A program made the translations under genes and the position numbers. A stretch of DNA of 64,000 bases, from assembly GCF_009914755.1 (NCBI RefSeq), contig NC_060945.1; one strand, written 5' to 3'. Below the pieces are notes generated by a model that had not been told where the DNA came from, searched no databases, and saw only the letters and a list, made by a program, of their open reading frames with translations. Below are positions 57,144-64,000 of the stretch, one piece after another. The DNA comes from the human T2T-CHM13v2.0 reference genome, Homo sapiens. The stretch's first letter is position 1, and the number at the start of each line of letters is the position of its first letter.

Positions 57144-58635
57144 GGGCAGATGTATTTTTAAACTGTACATGCTGTTCATTATCTTGCTTTTTCACTTAGC
57201 AATATGTCTTGAGCATTCTTCCCCATGACTACTACAGAATTGCCTCACTCTTTATGTTAATTAGTTATTGCATAGTAGTCATTGTGTGGAAGTATCATGT
57301 TGACTTAACCATCCCTTGTTGATGGACATTTAGGGAGTACATAATTTTTTTTTTTTTGTTATTCTCAAACCATACTTCAGTAAATATCCATGACCATTTG
57401 TCACTTTGTAAATGTGACCCCTCAGTGTATCTGAGGGGTAAATTCCTAGTCTTAGGCCAAAAGGTATGTCTATTTTAACTGTTGATAAGTATTGCCAAAT
57501 TGCCTGCCATAGAGGTTGGCAATTTATAATCACATTGATAACCCTTATAATTTATAAGGGTTCCCAACTTATAACCACACCCATCTGGTATGGGAGTGTT
57601 TGCTTTTCCACATGTCAGCCAACAGGGTACTCATTTTGATCTTTGCCAATCGAGTGTATTAAACATGGTATCTTGTCTTATTTATTGTTTCTCTTATTTA
57701 CATGGGAATTGAGTATATTTTCATACCTTCTCAACTGTTTGTACTTCATTTCTGTTCATTGTTCATGTCCATTCGCCAATTTTCTTTTGGGGTTTTGGCC
57801 TTTTTCTTATTGATTTATAGGAGCTCTTTATATATTAAGGAAATTAGTCGTCTTTGAGTGATATATTTTGCAGTGTCTACCACCTTCCCTCGCTCCCCAT
57901 TATTCTTTCTCTTTTTCTTTGTGGTTCTTGCCATTTGCAGAAGTTATTTCTTGGGAGTTCATGAACTAGAGAAGGATAATTGATAAGTTTTGGAGGTCTA
58001 TGGAGCCCTATCAATTGTGTGCATGTAAACATATTTCTGAGGAGAGGGTCCATGGGTTTCGTCATACTCTAAATGGAGTTATTTACCTCTAAAATATTAA
58101 GAGCCACTGCTTTGTTGCCCACCCTTGTTGGCTCTGCTGACTAAATGGAAGTCTGCAGATTACTGGGCTGAGGGTTTGGGTCACCTTGGTTTGTTAACAC
58201 CGGTGCCAGTTGGGCTACAGTTGTAGATTATACACACTCAGGCTAGGCAGGTTGGTTCTGCAACCATGACCCTGGAGTAAGCACCCTTGATTCTGCCCCG
58301 ACCCTTACCATGCCTGGATTGCAAGGGAGAGGCATGATACTGTGTGGGATGGTCTTTGGAAATCTTTGACTCTTGCTGGTTTAAGTAAGACAACTGTGAG
58401 TCCATGTCCCATCATCTCTTCATGGGAAAGGTGGTACCATTTATGGTGGATGGTTGCTATGATCAGAATGTTTGTGTCCCCCAAAATTCTTTTGTTGAAA
58501 TTCAAACCTCCAGTGTGATGGTATTTGGAGATGGGGCCTTTGGGAGGTGATGAGATCTACCCTCATGAATGGGATTAGTGCCCTTATAAAAGGTGCCTGA
58601 CTGAGGTTGCAGTGAAAAAATAAAAAAATAAAAAA

Positions 58636-58938
<303 letters not shown>

Positions 58939-59096
58939 GGGTGCCTAAAGGAGCTTGTTTGTCCTTCCACCATATGAGGACTCAGTGAAAAGGTGCCATT
59001 TCTATGAGCCAGAAAACACGCCCTCATCAGACACTGGATCTGCAGGTGTGTTAGGCTTAGACTTCACAGCCTCCAGAACTGTGAGAAAGACACGTC

Positions 59097-59401
59097 TCTT
59101 CTTTTTTTTTTCTTTTTTTTGATGGAGTGTCACTCTTTGTCGGCCAGGCTGGGGTGCAGTGGCACCCTCTTGGCTCACTGCAACCTCTGCCTTCTGGGTC
59201 AAGTGATTCTCCTGTCTCAGCCTCCCGAGTAGCTGGGACTACAGGTGCGTGCCACCACACCCGGCTAATTTTTGTATTTTTAGTAGAAATGGGGTTTTGC
59301 CTTGTTGGTCAGGCTGGTCTCGAACTCCTGACCTGAGGTGATCCACCCGCCTCGGCCTCCCAAAGTGCTGGGATTACAGGCACGAGTCATTGCGCCTGGC
59401 C
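59097..59401 (-). mobile_element. Alu (AluS-like)
   Basis: Full antisense dimer. Confidence 0.95.
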
Positions 59402-60061
59402 AAATTGTCTGTTCTTTATAAGGCATCCAGTCTATGGTATTATGGTACTATGTTACACCAGCCCAAGCTGACTAAGACAGTGGTTGAGAAGAAAGAGAAA
59501 GGGGGAATATCGAGGGAAATGAAAACCTTTCAAGGAGCAAGAGCCATTACGTAACTTGGACATAAAATGCACTAAGACAGGTATTAGTACATTAATGCGT
59601 GTGTGTGACAGTGCATGCGCCTTGGCACTCTTCGAGGGGCTCTGTCTATTTGAGATGCCCTCTGAGGAGCAGCCTTGGTGGGGCCGACAGGCGGCCCCTG
59701 CTGTTGGAATTCCTGTGGCCTCGGCCTGACGACCGTCTCTGAATGCCCTGTCCCCTGTCACTCTCTGCCCCTTCACTCTGCTTTGTCCCTCCTCACCACC
59801 TGGAGTGGTTTGCTAGAGCTGCCATAAGACAGCACCACAGACCCGGGGGCTGGAATAGCAAGGCCTTACTGTCTCTCATTCTGGAGGCTGGAAGTCCAAA
59901 ATCAAGGTGTTGGCAGGGTGGGTCCTTCTGAGGCTTGTGCAGGATGGATCTGTTCCATGCCCCTGTCCTCGGCTTATCCATGGCTGTCTTCTTCCTGTGT
60001 CTCTTTACATCGTCTGCCCTCCACGTGTGTCTGTCTCTCTGTCCAAATGTTCCCTTTTGTA

Positions 60062-60361
60062 TTTTTTTATTTTTTTGATACAGAGACTTGCTCTGTTGCC
60101 CAGGCTGTTGTGTAGTGGCACAATCTTGGCTCACTGCAATCTCTGCCTCCCAGGTTCAAGCGATTTTCCTGCCTCAGCCTCCTGAGTAGCTGGGATGACA
60201 GGCACGCGCCACCATACCCACCTAATTTTTGTATTTTTAGTAAAGACCATTTCACCACGTTGATCAAGCTGGTCTTGAACTCCTGACCTCGTGATCCACC
60301 CGTCTCAGCCTCCCAAAATGCTGGGATTACAGACTACAGACGTGAGCCACCACGCTTGGCC
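60062..60361 (-). mobile_element. Alu
   Basis: TSD ATGTTCCCTTTTG. Confidence 0.93.
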
Positions 60362-60463
60362 TATGTTCCCTTTTGATAAGGACACCAGTTCAAATTGGAT
60401 CAGGGCCCACCTTAATGACCTCACTTTAACTTGATTACTTCTCTAAAGACCTCATATTCAGGG

Positions 60464-60763
60464 GGCTAGGCGCAGTGGCTCACGCCTATAATCTTAGCTC
60501 TTTGGGAAGCTGAGGCAGGCAGATCACCTGAGGTCAGGAGTTTGAGACCAGTCTGGCCAACACAGTGAAACCCTGTCTCTATGAAAAATACAAAAATTAT
60601 CTGGGTGTGGTGGTGCACACCTGTAAATCCAGCTACTCGGGAAGCTGAGGCATGAGAATCACATGAACCTGGCTGGGAGGCGGACGTTGCAGCGAGCCGA
60701 GATTGCGCCATTGTACTCCAAACTGGGAGACAGAATGAGACTGTCTCAAAAAAAAAAAAAAAA
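60464..60763 (+). mobile_element. Alu
   Basis: TSD core CCTCATATTCA. Confidence 0.93.
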
Positions 60764-60920
60764 GACCCCTCATATTCAAATAAAGTACTGAGGTACTGGG
60801 GTTAGGACTCCAACAGATGAATTCTGGGGGGACATAATTAAACCTTTAACATCACCTGATCCCATGGAATATATTTAGAGTTGATGTGTTTGTCTCCCCA
60901 CTAGAGTGTAAGCCCCATGA

Positions 60921-61260
<340 letters not shown>

Positions 61261-62731
61261 AGAAAATATTTTATGAATGGATCCAAGCATGGTTTGATCT
61301 TCCCAAGACATGTGGACAGCCTTCTAGGGGGTAATGTCCAAGTTGGCAGGCTCTGGTTCTGCAAGCGCTGTATGTTTCTCTCATTCCTTGCTGCTCTGGG
61401 TGTGCCTGTCTGGGTGATGACTATGTTGAATGGGTTGTCTGGCTGGTGCTCTGTAGAAAAATCCTGGCCCCTGAACAGCTGTGCTTTCTGCGGGGATTTA
61501 GTTAGGCACCTAGGTATCTGAGTGACAGGTGACTAACCAGAACCAGACAGTATTTTGCAGTGTCAGGGGATGTTAACGGACCCTCTCTCTTTCCTGAGAA
61601 AATGTAGCAACACTGCAACAGATGGGAGAAGTTGCTATTTGCAAACATACATTTTATTTTGGATGTTTCCCATGGAGATATATGTAGGTTTGGAGTCTGT
61701 CTCTTTGACTGTAATTTTTTTATAAGTTTATTAGTCTCCTAAGCCACATTCCTGCCAAAACATTTTGCAATCCTGCTTGCTTCTCTTGCCCATTTTCTGA
61801 GCCATTTGATTCATTCTGGGCTCCCTCCCTGCATCACCACTGCCATTTTAGTCCTCTTTTTGAGTTCTTGTTGTCTTATGTCCAACCCCAAGGCTTTTTG
61901 GTAAGTCGTCAGGCCATCTTTCTGCCTTTCTTCAGACGCTCTTGTATGTGACGCTCCTCTCTTTGTCACCGTCGGCTCTTTGCCGGGGCTCTGTGTGTAG
62001 CAGCTTGAAAGCGTGCAGCAGTAGTGGGTGACCCGTGAACACAGAGCGTGGTGCTAAGAGATAAAGGAACAGTGGATGTTGTAACCGCCTTCGGGGAGCC
62101 TCGCCAGCTCTGTTTAGGGATGATAGAATGAAGTTTGGATTCTTAGCGATTCCCTTGTCTACCTGGAGCAGAACACGGGTAGGCAGGTTATGATTGCATA
62201 ACCTTCCAAATCAGTAAAAACCTGCAGGAAAGAAATGGGTACATGGTTTTTGCTTTGATCATGAGGAGGTCATACTGATCACGAAAATAATGAACATTTG
62301 TGGATCTCGTACCATCTGCTGGGCCATGTCTTGGATGCTTTGCTGCATGAGACAACTTACTCTTCATAGTAGCCTTTTGTGGTAGGTACTGTTGTCCTGA
62401 TTTTGCAGATTAAGATGACCAGAATCTTGGTTTGCCCAGGACTCTCTTAAGTTTAATGTAGGAAGTCTTGGATTTGAGGAAGCCCCTCAGATAATGCCAA
62501 AACCACATTCACCCAGGAAAATATTTCATCAGAGTGTTTGGAGTCCAAACTGCAGGTTTCCGAATAACAGTATTAATAAGCAGCCAATCAGGTCATGAAT
62601 GAGTGAAGAAGTAAAGCCCAAAGCCCTGGGCGTTACTGGGATGCTTTTGTTGGTAATAATAATGTCCCTGTGTGCTCCCAGGGACTGAGAGGTGCTTTTC
62701 TCACATATGTAGTACAGATCTACCATCTTTA

Positions 62732-63110
<379 letters not shown>

Positions 63111-64000
63111 GGGGGTTGTATGTGCACACACAAATGTATGTGTGTATATATATATAAATGCATATACACAGATGTATATGTGTATTATATATAACATTAA
63201 ATATAAATTATATAATACTATGCTAAATACATACACGTTTTTGTTAGCAGACTTCCTCAATGAAGGAAGCAGTGGGGACTGGTAGCTCTCTGAGTAGCTC
63301 TGGTTCGCATCAGTCTAACTCTAGTAGTACTTCTCTTTTGCGCTGGGGGCTGAAAAATCTACTGGAGGGGAGAGAGGTTTTTGAATCACATCGTGAAGCT
63401 GGAAGTGCATTCTTACGTCACACAGTGAACAGTCCCTTCCAGTCTCCTCGTTAAACCATCCTCCTACGAGAATGAACACAGATTACTTATTAAAAACAAA
63501 ACAAAATACCCAGTGCTTTTGCCTTATTATGCTGACGATTTGGAGGCAGACCAGCTTTCCCAAGCCATTGCTTAGTCCCCGGTTGGGCTGAGAAAGGACA
63601 TGAGAGGCAAATGGAATGAGGAAGTGCCTCAGGTGAAAAGGAAGCTTAGGGAAAGTTAGCTGTGGAGTCTGAGATCAGAATATTTTAACATTTTATCTGA
63701 GCCCTACTTTAGTGAAACCAAATGGATAAAGATAAGTGTTATCACTTATATAATCTGGTTTTTAGTTGGAATTACTGCTGCTCTGATGTAGCTTTCTCAG
63801 TGCATTCTTGTTTCCAGGTTAAAAATTTAATTAGAGAAACTAGTCGATGACTCAGTTCTCAGTTGAACATTTACATTTAATAATACTAATAAAGAAAACT
63901 TGTTTTGAAAACACATCTCCAGGTTTTCATAGTGTCATTCCCATAGGGTGACATTTTATTCTATTAAAAGCTAACATTTGTGAGAAGTAGTTGCAATTTC

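Larger units (their letters stand above)
59800..60852 (-). mobile_element. MLT1C-like LTR split by two Alus
   Basis: TTTGCTAGAGCTGCCATAA...GAGGTACTGGGGTTAGGACT. Confidence 0.8.

Overview
Primate, almost certainly human, genomic DNA rich in Alu, LTR and L1 repeats. The only protein-coding sequence is the first coding exon of HUNK (AMPK-related Ser/Thr kinase; recalled location 21q22.11). It runs from ATG 47999 to the donor site after 48259, lies in a CpG island, and is followed by more than 15 kb of intron 1. About 33 kb upstream is a full-length, disabled TPT1 processed pseudogene with target-site duplications (TSDs). The rest is a layered transposon record: about 33 Alus, MaLR and ERV1 solo LTRs, a decayed ERVL gag-pol internal region, L1/L2/MIR pieces and microsatellites. 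I found no new gene system. The most unusual signals are fossils of retrotransposition and DNA repair. One is an Alu that kept its 3' flank up to a Pol III T6 terminator and is fused to a second Alu end inside one TSD. Another is a snap-back insertion in an Alu head. There are also four short copies of sequence lying 0.9-1.4 kb away. Repeat subfamily names are from recalled consensus sequences and boundaries are approximate unless a TSD is cited.
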